64,000 nt of DNA from an uncultured Lachnospiraceae bacterium. GTDB lineage: Bacteria > Bacillota > Clostridia > Lachnospirales > Lachnospiraceae. Within the stretch, counting starts at the first letter, position 1. Every line of letters begins with the position of its first letter. The position numbers and the translations under genes are program-made. The DNA lies in assembly GCA_964458255.1 (NCBI GenBank), contig CAYWHY010000001.1, positions 14,066-78,065 of the forward strand, in the 5' to 3' direction. Positions 44,756 to 55,078 of the stretch are shown here, piece after piece. The notes under the pieces were generated by a model that made no database searches, was not told the DNA's origin, and saw nothing but the letters and a program-made list of their open reading frames with translations.

Positions 44756-46537
44756 GTGGAAATAAAGAAACATATGGAAAAAATAAATTTATTCGGAAAA
44801 ATCAGTTACATTTTTGATAGAAAACAAAAAATCCAACTGGTAATTTTGGGCATCATGATTTTTGTGGGCGGCGTACTGGAAACACTGGGCGTCAGTGCCA
44901 TGATTCCTGTGGTAACGGCACTTCTTACACCGGAGGAATTACAAAGATATATTGAGGAATATGCGTTCCTTCAAAAGACGTGTGATTTCTTCGGAATAAA
45001 AAATGTGAGTGATATCATCATGGCACTTCTCATCGGACTTATGTTCATCTACGTCATAAAAAATGGATACATTTTGTTTTTGACTTACAAGCAGAATGCA
45101 TTTATTACCCGGAACAGAAACAGAATGATTAGTCGTGTGATGGCGGAATTTTTGAACAGACCTTATGAAAAATATCTGGGTGCCGATATTCCTACGGTCT
45201 TTCGTATTACAGACAGCGATATCCCTCAGACCTTTTCCCTGATTCTGGCGATGCTTCAGCTGGCATCGGAAGTGGTGGTAACCATTTTGATTTTTGCGGT
45301 GCTGTTGTTCCAGAATATTAAGATGACTCTGTTTATTTTGGTGGTGTTTGCTGCACTTACGTTATTGATTCTCAAAGTGTTTAAACCAAGGCTTAACAAA
45401 ATCGGTGCCAAGAACCAGAGCATCCAGTCAAGAATTGCCAAGTGGCGTATTCAGGCAACTTACGGTCTTAAGGACGTCAAGGTGTTAAACAGAGAGGAAT
45501 TTTTTGTCAGAAATTATTATGAAACAGGAAAAGTGGGTGCGGATGTAGCCAGAAATTACGCTGTTCTGAATAATATGCCCAGACTCCTGATTGAAACGGT
45601 GTTTATTGTCAGTGTGTTATCTTATATAGCGTTTTACATCAGCGGCGGCGGTAATGCGGCAACCATGCTTACCACGCTTACCACCTTTGGACTGGCAGCA
45701 ATCCGTGTACTTCCCAGTGTGAACCGTATCAATACTTACATTACGGAAATTGCCTACACACAGCCCAGTCTTGATTTTGTGTATGAGAACCTGCAGGAAG
45801 GCATGAAAACGGATGCCATGCTGGCAGAACGGAAAGCAAATTCACAGGTGGAGAAGTTGAAATTAGAGGATAAGATAGAGCTGAATCATATCAGCTTCCA
45901 TTATCCCGATTCCGACAAAAATATCTTTACGGATGCCCACATGATTGTGCCGAAAGGAAAATCGGTAGGTATTATCGGAGCTTCCGGTGCCGGAAAATCT
46001 ACAATTGTGGACGTGCTTTTGGGACTTTTGCATGCCCAGGAGGGTGAGATTACCTGTGACGGTATTGATATTTTTAAGAACTACGAATCATGGCTTGCAC
46101 AGATCGGATATATTCCCCAGTCCATTTATCTGGTGGATGAATCTATTCGCGATAATATTGCATTCGGTATTGATAAAGATAAAATCGATGATGAAAGAAT
46201 CTGGAAAGTGCTGGAAGAAGCACAGCTTAAGGAATTTGTGGAAGAGCTTCCCGACGGGCTTGATACCACAATCGGAGACAGAGGTGTGCGTCTTTCCGGC
46301 GGACAGCGACAGCGTATCGGTATTGCAAGAGCACTTTACAATGATCCCGAGATTCTGGTGTTTGACGAAGCAACGTCGGCTCTTGACAATGACACGGAAA
46401 AAGCGGTTATGGAGGCAATCAACAGCTTTCACGGTAAAAAGACAATGGTTATCATTGCACACCGCTTAAATACCATTGCCAAGTGCGATATGGTTTATAA
46501 GGTAGAAAATACAAAGCTTTTGGAAACCACTTTGTAA
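44756..46537 (+). CDS. ABC transporter, fused permease/ATPase (PglK-like), copy 2
   Basis: GASGAGKST, LSGGQRQRIGIARA, FDEATSALD. Clear paralog of 7128-8885 (shared LET.GVS, RPYE.YL.AD, PRLLIET, NRIN). Confidence 0.9.
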   Translation: MEIKKHMEKINLFGKISYIFDRKQKIQLVILGIMIFVGGVLETLGVSAMIPVVTALLTPEELQRYIEEYAFLQKTCDFFGIKNVSDIIMALLIGLMFIYVIKNGYILFLTYKQNAFITRNRNRMISRVMAEFLNRPYEKYLGADIPTVFRITDSDIPQTFSLILAMLQLASEVVVTILIFAVLLFQNIKMTLFILVVFAALTLLILKVFKPRLNKIGAKNQSIQSRIAKWRIQATYGLKDVKVLNREEFFVRNYYETGKVGADVARNYAVLNNMPRLLIETVFIVSVLSYIAFYISGGGNAATMLTTLTTFGLAAIRVLPSVNRINTYITEIAYTQPSLDFVYENLQEGMKTDAMLAERKANSQVEKLKLEDKIELNHISFHYPDSDKNIFTDAHMIVPKGKSVGIIGASGAGKSTIVDVLLGLLHAQEGEITCDGIDIFKNYESWLAQIGYIPQSIYLVDESIRDNIAFGIDKDKIDDERIWKVLEEAQLKEFVEELPDGLDTTIGDRGVRLSGGQRQRIGIARALYNDPEILVFDEATSALDNDTEKAVMEAINSFHGKKTMVIIAHRLNTIAKCDMVYKVENTKLLETTL

Positions 46538-46561
46538 GCAATAAGGAAAAGGATTGAATTT

Positions 46562-47590
46562 ATGATAGGAACAGAGTTTCTCAAAGGGCAGGGACTGGGA
46601 AACCAGTTATTCTGCTATGTGACGGCAAGAGCAATTGCAGAGGAAAACGGCTATGAGTTCGGAACAGCCGGACAGGAAATTTTTGCAGTAAATATGCACA
46701 GTGACCGAGGCATGTATTTCATGGACGTGGACCTTGGACATATGATTACGCAGGAAGAAAAAAAGAATTTCAAGGTATACAATGATGATGATACCCGTTT
46801 GTTTATAGGTAATTCCAAACATGATATGACTCACGGCTGCTATGTCAGCGGTGCCGACGAGGGGATTCATCATGTGCAGGACAATACCCTGATTTACGGC
46901 AATATGCAGGATGAGTCTTATTTCATCAAATACATTGACAAGGTGAAGGAATGGCTTCATGTAAAGCCGGAGTATGATTCCTATGAATACAGCAGGGAAA
47001 ACCTGTGTATCATCAATATGCGTGGCGGAGAATACACCGGAAGTCCGGAGCTTTTTATTGACAGGAAGTACTGGATTCACGGCATGAAGGAAATGAAAAA
47101 AATCCGTCCGGATATGGAATTTATGATTATTACGGATGACGTGGAGGCGGCAGGCAAGATGCTTCCCGGTATCGAAGCACATCACTTTGATATCGGCAAG
47201 GATTATGTGACGCTCAAAAATGCACATTATTTGCTTTTGTCAAACTCGTCTTTTGCATGCCTTCCGGCACATACAAGTGAAAAGCTTAAGTTTGCCATAG
47301 CACCGAAATACTGGGCAAGACATAATGTATCCGACGGCTATTGGGCATCGGAACAGAATATTTACAGTCTGTTCCACTATATGGACAGAAAGGGAAAGCT
47401 GTTTACCGCTGAGGAGTGCCGTAAGGAACTTGAACAGTACAAGAAAACCTCAAGAAAATATGTAAAGAGAAACATTCGTCCCGGTAAAGTGGAAAATGCG
47501 CTTCAAATAGTCAGAAGCAAGTGTGTGTACGGCTGGTTTTACCTTAAGAAAATTCAGCGTGCGGTTATCCGAAGACTCAAAAAGCAGTAA
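46562..47590 (+). CDS. Divergent GT11-like glycosyltransferase
   Basis: GQGLGNQLFCY, INMRGGEY, ITDD, LSNSSF, APKYW. Confidence 0.7.
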   Translation: MIGTEFLKGQGLGNQLFCYVTARAIAEENGYEFGTAGQEIFAVNMHSDRGMYFMDVDLGHMITQEEKKNFKVYNDDDTRLFIGNSKHDMTHGCYVSGADEGIHHVQDNTLIYGNMQDESYFIKYIDKVKEWLHVKPEYDSYEYSRENLCIINMRGGEYTGSPELFIDRKYWIHGMKEMKKIRPDMEFMIITDDVEAAGKMLPGIEAHHFDIGKDYVTLKNAHYLLLSNSSFACLPAHTSEKLKFAIAPKYWARHNVSDGYWASEQNIYSLFHYMDRKGKLFTAEECRKELEQYKKTSRKYVKRNIRPGKVENALQIVRSKCVYGWFYLKKIQRAVIRRLKKQ

Positions 47591-47604
47591 AGGCGGAGCA
47601 AGCC

Positions 47605-48381
47605 ATGAGTTGTAATACAGAGCAAAAATTAAAATTACCGAATGTGACGCTGGCAGCCATGACCAGTGTCAAAATATACGAGACAATTAAGGCATTGGAA
47701 TACAGTATGCAGGGAATTGAATTTGGGGAAGTGGTGCTCATTACTCACAGAAAGCCATTTTCACTTCCTGCCGGAATTACTTATAAGCATACCTCAAAGC
47801 TTACCGATATCGATTGCTTTAATTATAAAATGGTATATGAACTGGGAGATTACATTGACACTGATTATGTTCTTTTGGTACATTACGACGGTTTTGTGAT
47901 TCATCCCGAAAAATGGCGTGATGACTTTTTGGACTATGATTATGTGGGTTCGCCATGGCCTATACCGAAGCCGGGAACGCAGCATTGCTATCATGATATT
48001 TACGGTAATCTTTGCCGTGTGGGCAACAGTGTATCGCTTCGAAGCAAGAGACTTTTGGAATTCCCGAGAGAGGCAAATCTAAAATGGGAAAGGGACGAAG
48101 ACGGTTTTTATAATGAGGATATTTTTATCTGCTGTATGAACAAGCATAAGCTGGAAGAAGCAGGTATGAAGATTGCACCCGTAGAGGTTGCAAAATATTT
48201 CGGGCATGAACATCTTGTACCGGAGACGGAGGATGTGGATGAACCGTTTTTATTCCACAAGTGGTGGGGCAAAAATGAAAATTATCCCAAATTTGAAAAT
48301 CCATGGACGAGAAGATGGCTGAAATTTAAAAAGACTGTAAGACCGCTGCTCTTTTGGAGGAAACAGACAGATGGTATATGA
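47605..48381 (+). CDS. DUF5672-like putative glycosyltransferase
   Basis: LPNVTL, LLVHYDGFVI, FLDYDYVGSPW, VGNSVSLRSKRLL, NEDIFIC, APVEVAKYF. Confidence 0.7.
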   Translation: MSCNTEQKLKLPNVTLAAMTSVKIYETIKALEYSMQGIEFGEVVLITHRKPFSLPAGITYKHTSKLTDIDCFNYKMVYELGDYIDTDYVLLVHYDGFVIHPEKWRDDFLDYDYVGSPWPIPKPGTQHCYHDIYGNLCRVGNSVSLRSKRLLEFPREANLKWERDEDGFYNEDIFICCMNKHKLEEAGMKIAPVEVAKYFGHEHLVPETEDVDEPFLFHKWWGKNENYPKFENPWTRRWLKFKKTVRPLLFWRKQTDGI

Positions 48382-49324
48382 TTGTATTCCGTTTTTTAAT
48401 GAAATAGATATATTGAAATTAAGACTCCATATTTTGAATCCGATTGTGGATAAATTTATCATTGAAGAAGCAACTGTTACTTTTTCGGGGGAGCCGAAGG
48501 AACTTTGCTTTGAAAAAAATAAAGAACTGTTTAAAGAGTTCCTTCCCAAAATCGAGTACATTGTGGTGGACAATTCACCCGTAAATACCACGACACATTT
48601 AAGAGACAAGTTCCAGAAAAATGCACTTGAAAAAGGGCTTAAGGATGCTACGGACGAGGATGTCATTATTTTAAGTGATGTGGATGAAATACCTAATCCT
48701 AAGGTTCTTAAAGAGATTATTGCTGAGTTTGACAAAGATAAAATTTACCATTTGGCACAGAGAATGTTTTACTGCTTCCTTAACATGGAAGAGATGTCGG
48801 GCAATCTTTTATCCATTACGGGCGAATTCCCCGGTGTGGAGCGGAAAATGTGGCTCGGAACCAAAGTATTCAGTAAAAAGAGTATTCCGTTAAACGGCAT
48901 TATAGAGCTTAGAGAGGCCCCCGTAACTTCGCCCGATGCGGTGAGGGTTGCCGACGGAGGCTGGCATTTCGGCTATATGGGCAACTCCGGTGAAAAGGAT
49001 GTGGCAAAGCGCATCGGAACAAAGGTGGTTGCGGCTGCCCATCAGGAATATAATGATGATGTGCTTTTGGCAGAGGCGGCGGACAGACTGCTCCTTGGAC
49101 AGGACATGTTCGGTAGAGATGCACACTTTGAACGGGTGGAAGTAGATGAGAGCTATCCTGAATATTTGCTTACACACAGAGCGGAGTATGAATATTTGAT
49201 TATGCCTCCTGTCAGCAAAGGCAAAGTGGCATGGATTAAGGCGACTATGAAGAGCAAGCGGTTTGCAAGAAGGGTTATTCGAAAGCTGAAACGGATTTTT
49301 TGCAAATACGGAAAAGTAATATGA
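48371..49324 (+). CDS. GT17 (beta-1,4-GlcNAc transferase III-like) glycosyltransferase
   Basis: VYDCIPFFNEIDILKLRL, EATVTFSGEPK, ILSDVDEIP, GGWHFGY. Confidence 0.85.
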   Translation: MVYDCIPFFNEIDILKLRLHILNPIVDKFIIEEATVTFSGEPKELCFEKNKELFKEFLPKIEYIVVDNSPVNTTTHLRDKFQKNALEKGLKDATDEDVIILSDVDEIPNPKVLKEIIAEFDKDKIYHLAQRMFYCFLNMEEMSGNLLSITGEFPGVERKMWLGTKVFSKKSIPLNGIIELREAPVTSPDAVRVADGGWHFGYMGNSGEKDVAKRIGTKVVAAAHQEYNDDVLLAEAADRLLLGQDMFGRDAHFERVEVDESYPEYLLTHRAEYEYLIMPPVSKGKVAWIKATMKSKRFARRVIRKLKRIFCKYGKVI

Positions 49325-49361
49325 ATTGAAATGACAGAAGTTCTGCCGTTGGAGGTAGGAG

Positions 49362-50732
49362 ATGAATCAAAAAAATAAAATCATAGAGGTTTACGGCCTC
49401 TGGTTTGCGGATTTGGTGTCTATCGGAGTTTCCTTTATCCTTGCGACTTACATCCGCTTCGGGAATTTTAGAGATATGGGCGATAAGGAGATACACTTTC
49501 AGGTGTGTCTTGTTTTCCTGTTGTTTTGTACCATTTATTCCTTTTTTGTGGATTGGAACAGAAATTTTTTGAGAAGAAGTGCATGGAAGGAAATCTATGC
49601 ACTTCTACAATATAATGTTTTGATGATTTTGATTACCCAGACGATTATGTATTTCCTGAAATGGGCAGATGTCTTTTCAAGATGGGTTATGATTTATTTT
49701 GCAATTATCAACATGGTGCTTTCTTTTGTTTTTCACACGATGATAAAGAAGACGATGAAATTGCACTATCGTTCTGATTTGTCGAAGATTAAGGTTCTGG
49801 TAATTACACAGAAGAATATGGAGAAAGATGTAAAGGAAAAGCTTTCGCAAAATTTAGATATCAATTATGAAATTGTACAGACGGTATTAACAGAAGAACT
49901 TCCCGAAGATTTTCTTGAAAAAGTGACCTTTATGGCACTTGACGAAGTGTTTATTTATGCACCGGACTTATCACAAAAGATGGCACAGAAGATGATTAGC
50001 AGCTTTGATGAAATGGGGGTAGACTGTCATTACTGTGTGGAACTTCCGGGCAGTTATTCGGACAGAAGTGAAATAGGCAGTTTCGGTAATTTCTCCGTGA
50101 TTACTTATACAAGATTCCAAAGCAGTTATAAGAGACTCTTGGTAAAGAGAATCATGGATATTGCAGGCGGTTTGGTGGGAATGATGATTACGCTTGTATT
50201 CTACCCTTTTGTGGCTTTTGCCATTAAGATGGATTCGCCGGGACCGGTTCTTTTTTCACAGGTGCGCATCGGACGTAACGGCAGACGATTTAAGATATAC
50301 AAATTCCGTTCTATGTATATGGATGCGGAGGAGCGAAAGAAAGAGCTGGAAAAACAAAATGAAATGCAGGGGCTTATGTTCAAGATGGAAAATGACCCCC
50401 GCATTACCAAGGTGGGTAGATTTATCAGAAAGACAAGCATTGATGAATTGCCCCAGTTTTATAACGTGCTTAAAGGTGATATGAGTCTGGTGGGAACCAG
50501 ACCGCCCACGGCAGATGAATTTGAGAAATATAATCAATACTACCGCAGAAGAATCAGTATGACGCCCGGACTTACCGGTATGTGGCAGGTCAGCGGACGA
50601 AGCGAAATCGAGAACTTTGATGATGTGGTTAAGTACGACCTTGCATATATTGATAACTGGTCACTGACACTTGATGTTAAGATATTACTGCGTACCGTGT
50701 GGGTGGTTTTTGCAGGAAGGGGTTCAAAATGA
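49362..50732 (+). CDS. Large priming sugar-1-phosphate transferase (WcaJ/CpsE-type)
   Basis: Four N-terminal TMs plus a PGT domain: KRIMDI, FSQVRIG, KFRSM, DPRITKVGRFIRKTSIDELPQF, PGLTGMWQVSGRS. Confidence 0.92.
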   Translation: MNQKNKIIEVYGLWFADLVSIGVSFILATYIRFGNFRDMGDKEIHFQVCLVFLLFCTIYSFFVDWNRNFLRRSAWKEIYALLQYNVLMILITQTIMYFLKWADVFSRWVMIYFAIINMVLSFVFHTMIKKTMKLHYRSDLSKIKVLVITQKNMEKDVKEKLSQNLDINYEIVQTVLTEELPEDFLEKVTFMALDEVFIYAPDLSQKMAQKMISSFDEMGVDCHYCVELPGSYSDRSEIGSFGNFSVITYTRFQSSYKRLLVKRIMDIAGGLVGMMITLVFYPFVAFAIKMDSPGPVLFSQVRIGRNGRRFKIYKFRSMYMDAEERKKELEKQNEMQGLMFKMENDPRITKVGRFIRKTSIDELPQFYNVLKGDMSLVGTRPPTADEFEKYNQYYRRRISMTPGLTGMWQVSGRSEIENFDDVVKYDLAYIDNWSLTLDVKILLRTVWVVFAGRGSK

Positions 50733-51781
50733 GAGTATTAATGCTTGGCCCTGCAAGAAGTGTTCACGGCGGCATTTCCGGTGTGGTGAACAACTACTAC
50801 GATGCCGGACTGGATAAAAAAATTGAACTTACTTATATCGGAACCATGGAAGAAGGAAGCAGGCTTCGAAAACTTTTGAAAGCGGCCACTGCACTTATAC
50901 AGTTTGTCTGTAGGCTTCCCGGATGTGAAATTGTGCATGTCAACGTGGCTTCCGATGCAAGCTATATCCGCAAGTCCTTTTTTATAAGGTTTGCCAAAGC
51001 ATTTCATAAAAAAATAGTGATTCACCAGCACGGCGGTAATTTTGAAGATTTTTATTATCGTCAGCTAAACGATAAAGGTCGGGAAAAAGTCAGAAAAGTG
51101 CTTTCCATGGGAGATGCCTTTCTGGTGCTTGCACCTGCATGGAAGGAATTCTTCGGTAAGCTGATAGGGGAAGAAAAGATTACTGTTTTTCCCGATTGCA
51201 TTCAGATTCCGGCTTCCTATGAAAAACAATACGGACAGCAAAAAATCCTGTTTTTGGGAAGAATCTGTAAAGCAAAGGGTATATGTGAGCTTTTTAAGGC
51301 TATGGAAGAGCTTCATCCGAAATATCCAAATGCCAGGCTTTATTTGGGCGGCATATGGGAAGAGGAAGAATTAAAAGAGATTGCCGAAAACCATAAGGAT
51401 TATGTGACACATCTTGGCTGGATATCCGGCGAGGATAAGAAAAAGTATTTACGGGAATGCGATATTTTTGTACTGCCCTCTTATTTTGAAGGACAGTCGG
51501 TGGCAATTTTAGAGGCTATGGCAAATTACTGTGGTATTGTTGCATCAAAAACGGGCGGCATTCCGCAAATGATTATAGACGGTGAAACCGGTATTTTTGC
51601 AGAACCTAAGGATGTAGCAACGTTGCGGGACGGACTTTTGAAGGTTTTGTCTGATGCTAAGCTGTGTGAAGAGTTGGGAAAGGAAGCACGCAGAAAAGTA
51701 GAACGGGAATTTTCCTTAGAACAGAACATGGAGCAGCTTCTTTTGATTTATGAGCAGATTATGCAGAATGAAAAAGGATGA
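50729..51781 (+). CDS. Glycosyltransferase family 4
   Basis: GGISGVV, HQHGG, FLGRICKAKG, LPSYFEGQSVAILEAM, GGIPQMI. Start at ATG 50729. Confidence 0.9.
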   Translation: MRVLMLGPARSVHGGISGVVNNYYDAGLDKKIELTYIGTMEEGSRLRKLLKAATALIQFVCRLPGCEIVHVNVASDASYIRKSFFIRFAKAFHKKIVIHQHGGNFEDFYYRQLNDKGREKVRKVLSMGDAFLVLAPAWKEFFGKLIGEEKITVFPDCIQIPASYEKQYGQQKILFLGRICKAKGICELFKAMEELHPKYPNARLYLGGIWEEEELKEIAENHKDYVTHLGWISGEDKKKYLRECDIFVLPSYFEGQSVAILEAMANYCGIVASKTGGIPQMIIDGETGIFAEPKDVATLRDGLLKVLSDAKLCEELGKEARRKVEREFSLEQNMEQLLLIYEQIMQNEKG

Positions 51782-52821
51782 TTACCACAATGGAAAATTA
51801 TAAAATCAGTGTTATTGTGCCTGTTTATAATGTGGAAAACTATATAAAGAAATGTGTGGATTCTCTGATAAACCAGACCTACCGCAACATAGAAATTGTG
51901 TTGGTGGATGACGGCTCTCAGGACAGGAGCGGCAAGATTTGTGATGAGCTTTCCCTGCAGGATGAAAGAATTAAGGTGGTACACAAGGAAAACGGCGGAC
52001 TGATTTCTGCATGGAAACGGGGAGTTTCGGAAAGTGGCGGGGAATATTTAAATTTTTTGGACAGCGATGACTGGGTAGACCTTAACATGTTTGAGGAAAT
52101 GGCAGTGCATCTTACCGGTGATGAGAGGGAAATTATCGTCAGTGACTATATCATTGAAAGAGATAACGGCAGCAGTCAGTATGTTTACCAGCAGTTAACG
52201 CCGGGAATCTATGACAGAGCAGCTATTGAAAAGGATGTAATTCCTTATCTTTTAGGACGGGAAAGCAGGTACATTACCATTTCCAGATGTATGAAGCTGA
52301 TAGCAAGGCGGTTGATAGAAGAAAACGGCAAATACAGTGATCCGCGTGTGGTGGTCGGAGAAGATACCACTGTAATGCTGCCCTCCCTGATTGACTGTAA
52401 CAGGCTGGTGGTTATGGACCATAAGGCGTATTACCACTATCTTTATGTACAGGAGTCCATGGTGCATAAATATAACAAAGGATTACTTGAAAATATCAGG
52501 CTGCTGAAACAAACCACGGAGCAGATTTTAAGAGATAAGTTTGGCACTGAAATACTTTCCATGCAGCTTAGGCAGCTTGATAAGGAGTATGTTTTCTGGC
52601 TGATGCTGGTACTCAAAAACGAGGCGAGAGGTAACCCTGAGGGGTATCGTGAAAATATAGTAAAGCTTTGTAAATCAGAGGAAGTGCGGACACTTTTAAA
52701 AACGACACCGGTAACGGTAGAGCAGACAGCAAATAAGCTTTTGTACTTTGTAATGAAAAGACCAAACATTCTGACAGTTACCCTGCTTCGGATGGCAATG
52801 CTTTGGTATTACAGAAAATAA
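51778..52821 (+). CDS. Glycosyltransferase family 2
   Basis: ISVIVPVYN, LVDDGSQD, NGGLISAW, FLDSDD, GED. Confidence 0.92.
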   Translation: MITTMENYKISVIVPVYNVENYIKKCVDSLINQTYRNIEIVLVDDGSQDRSGKICDELSLQDERIKVVHKENGGLISAWKRGVSESGGEYLNFLDSDDWVDLNMFEEMAVHLTGDEREIIVSDYIIERDNGSSQYVYQQLTPGIYDRAAIEKDVIPYLLGRESRYITISRCMKLIARRLIEENGKYSDPRVVVGEDTTVMLPSLIDCNRLVVMDHKAYYHYLYVQESMVHKYNKGLLENIRLLKQTTEQILRDKFGTEILSMQLRQLDKEYVFWLMLVLKNEARGNPEGYRENIVKLCKSEEVRTLLKTTPVTVEQTANKLLYFVMKRPNILTVTLLRMAMLWYYRK

Positions 52822-52834
52822 CATGGGAGAATAT

Positions 52835-53821
52835 ATGCAACCCTTAATCAGCGTGATCGTTCCGGTTTATAACGGACAGGACTATTTGGAAAAGTGCATA
52901 GAGAGTATCGAAAACCAGACCTATGAAAATCTGGAGGTCATCATTATCAATGACGGTTCTACGGATGCCACCGGTCAGGTTTGTGTAGGTCTTAAGGAGA
53001 AATATGACAATATCCATGTGATTACCATGGAAGATGAAGGCGTTTCTGCGGCCAGAAATGCCGGGCTTGATGCAGCAGGCGGAGCTTTTGTTACCTTTGT
53101 GGATGCGGATGACAGACTTAGGGCAAAGACGCTTGAGGTTTTGTATCAGGGCATTTTAGATACAGGAAGCGATATCTGTGGTTGCCGTTTCCTGACGTGG
53201 AAAACAGAAGATGAATGGGGTAAGTTGCAGCAGAACCGTTATCGCATTGAAAAGGCGATAACCTATCATCCCGAGGCGTATCTGGAGAAACAGATTTTAA
53301 GCGGGAACAGCCGTTGCTGGAGTAAACTTTACCGAAGGGCGGCTATCGGGAAACTGAGATTTACGAGAGGTCTTACCATAGGGGAGGACATGTTGTTTTT
53401 GGTAGAGCTTCTTCCCTATGTGAGGAGTATTTCCGAACTATCCTATCCCGGATACGGCTACTATCAGAATCCGCAGGGTGCCATGAACAGAGCATTTTCA
53501 CCAAGATATATGGACCAGATTACCTGCTGGGAAACGGCAAGAAGCAAAATGCCTGACAAGCCTCATATACAGAGCAGAGTTACTACGATTATAATTGTGG
53601 CAATCCTCTTAACGGTAGGCAAGCTTGCCTCATCAAGTGGAAAAGAACGCAGAAAATACAGAAAGTATGTGGATATCTGCCACCAAAAACTAAAGGAAGA
53701 GTTAAAAGTGGAGGGAGCCTATGAAGGTCTTTCCAAGGGATATCAGATCAAAACGAAAATGTTTAAGACCTTTCCGTCTTTGTACCTTGGACTGTATCAT
53801 TTCAGAAAGTATAAAAAGTAA
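52835..53821 (+). CDS. Glycosyltransferase family 2
   Basis: ISVIVPVYN, INDGSTD, GVSAARNAG, FVDADD, CWSKLY, GEDMLF. Confidence 0.92.
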   Translation: MQPLISVIVPVYNGQDYLEKCIESIENQTYENLEVIIINDGSTDATGQVCVGLKEKYDNIHVITMEDEGVSAARNAGLDAAGGAFVTFVDADDRLRAKTLEVLYQGILDTGSDICGCRFLTWKTEDEWGKLQQNRYRIEKAITYHPEAYLEKQILSGNSRCWSKLYRRAAIGKLRFTRGLTIGEDMLFLVELLPYVRSISELSYPGYGYYQNPQGAMNRAFSPRYMDQITCWETARSKMPDKPHIQSRVTTIIIVAILLTVGKLASSSGKERRKYRKYVDICHQKLKEELKVEGAYEGLSKGYQIKTKMFKTFPSLYLGLYHFRKYKK

Positions 53822-53836
53822 CAGACAGGAGTTTTT

Positions 53837-55078
53837 ATGAACGAAAACAGACTGATTATGTATATGCATGCAGGCAGTGCCAATCATGGCTGTGAAGCCA
53901 TTGTAAACAGCCTGTGCCATATGATAAAAGAAAAAGCGGTACTCGTAAGCTACTTCGGAAGCGAGGATGAGAAATATTCCTTAAAGGATTTATGCCGGAT
54001 AGTCAGTGAACGCAGATTTGAAGACCATCGGATGATGCATGTGCTTTACTATATTTACCGTAAGCTGACAAAGGATGAGACAAGCTTTATCAGATACCGC
54101 TATCAGGACATTTTTAAAGGGAAGATGGCACCCCTTGCCATTTCTATCGGTGGGGATAATTACTGCTATGATACCATGCTTCATGACCTTTGGCTTGCCA
54201 ACAAGGCATTTGCAGAAAAGGGCGTAAAGACGATGCTTCTTGGCTGCTCCATAGAGCCGGAGCTTCTAAAAAGAGAAGAGCTTGTAAAGGATTTGATGAA
54301 ATATCACACCATTATTGCAAGGGAGAGTATTACCTTTGAAGCACTGCAGCAGATGGTTGCCGGGGCAGCGGCAAAGGAGCAGGCAAAGATGGAACAGCAG
54401 GGGCAGGCAACCCGGAATGTTCCGAACATTTTGTGCTATCCGGACCCGGCATTTACGCTTGGAAAAAAAGAACTCCCCCTTCCGGAAAACTTTGCGGAAG
54501 GAAACACCGTGGGTATCAATATCAGTCCCATGATTCAGGACAACGAAAGAAAAGCGGGAATTACCATGGAGAATTACCGCGGACTCATCCAATATATCAT
54601 TGAAAATACGGATATGCAGATTGCACTGATGCCTCATGTGGTGCGGACGCAGAATGATGACAGAAAACCGATTCATCAGTTATATGAAGAATTTAAGGAT
54701 ACAGGCAGAGTTATCGAAATACCTGATGGAAGCTGTGAGGAGCTAAAGGGCTATATCAGCAGATGCCGTTTCTTTGTGGGAGCAAGGACTCACGCCACTA
54801 TTGCGGCTTATTCCGCCTGTGTACCGACGCTGGTGGTAGGCTACTCTGTAAAGGCAAGAGGCATTGCCAGGGATTTATTCGGAACAGAAGAAAACTATGT
54901 GCTTCCCGTTCAGAGCCTTTCTAAGGAAGAGGATTTAAAGAAGGCCTTTGAATGGCTTACAGAGCACGAAGCAGAGATAAAAGAAAGGTTAGAACAGATC
55001 ATGCCGGAGTATAAAGAACAGGCATTACAGACAGGGAAAGAAGTAGACAGATTATGGGAAGAGTGCAGTCAGCGGTAA
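53837..55078 (+). CDS. Polysaccharide pyruvyl transferase family protein
   Basis: NHGCEAI, IGGDNYCY, GCSI, ARESIT, PDPAF, GARTHATIAA, VGYSVKARGI. Confidence 0.85.
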   Translation: MNENRLIMYMHAGSANHGCEAIVNSLCHMIKEKAVLVSYFGSEDEKYSLKDLCRIVSERRFEDHRMMHVLYYIYRKLTKDETSFIRYRYQDIFKGKMAPLAISIGGDNYCYDTMLHDLWLANKAFAEKGVKTMLLGCSIEPELLKREELVKDLMKYHTIIARESITFEALQQMVAGAAAKEQAKMEQQGQATRNVPNILCYPDPAFTLGKKELPLPENFAEGNTVGINISPMIQDNERKAGITMENYRGLIQYIIENTDMQIALMPHVVRTQNDDRKPIHQLYEEFKDTGRVIEIPDGSCEELKGYISRCRFFVGARTHATIAAYSACVPTLVVGYSVKARGIARDLFGTEENYVLPVQSLSKEEDLKKAFEWLTEHEAEIKERLEQIMPEYKEQALQTGKEVDRLWEECSQR

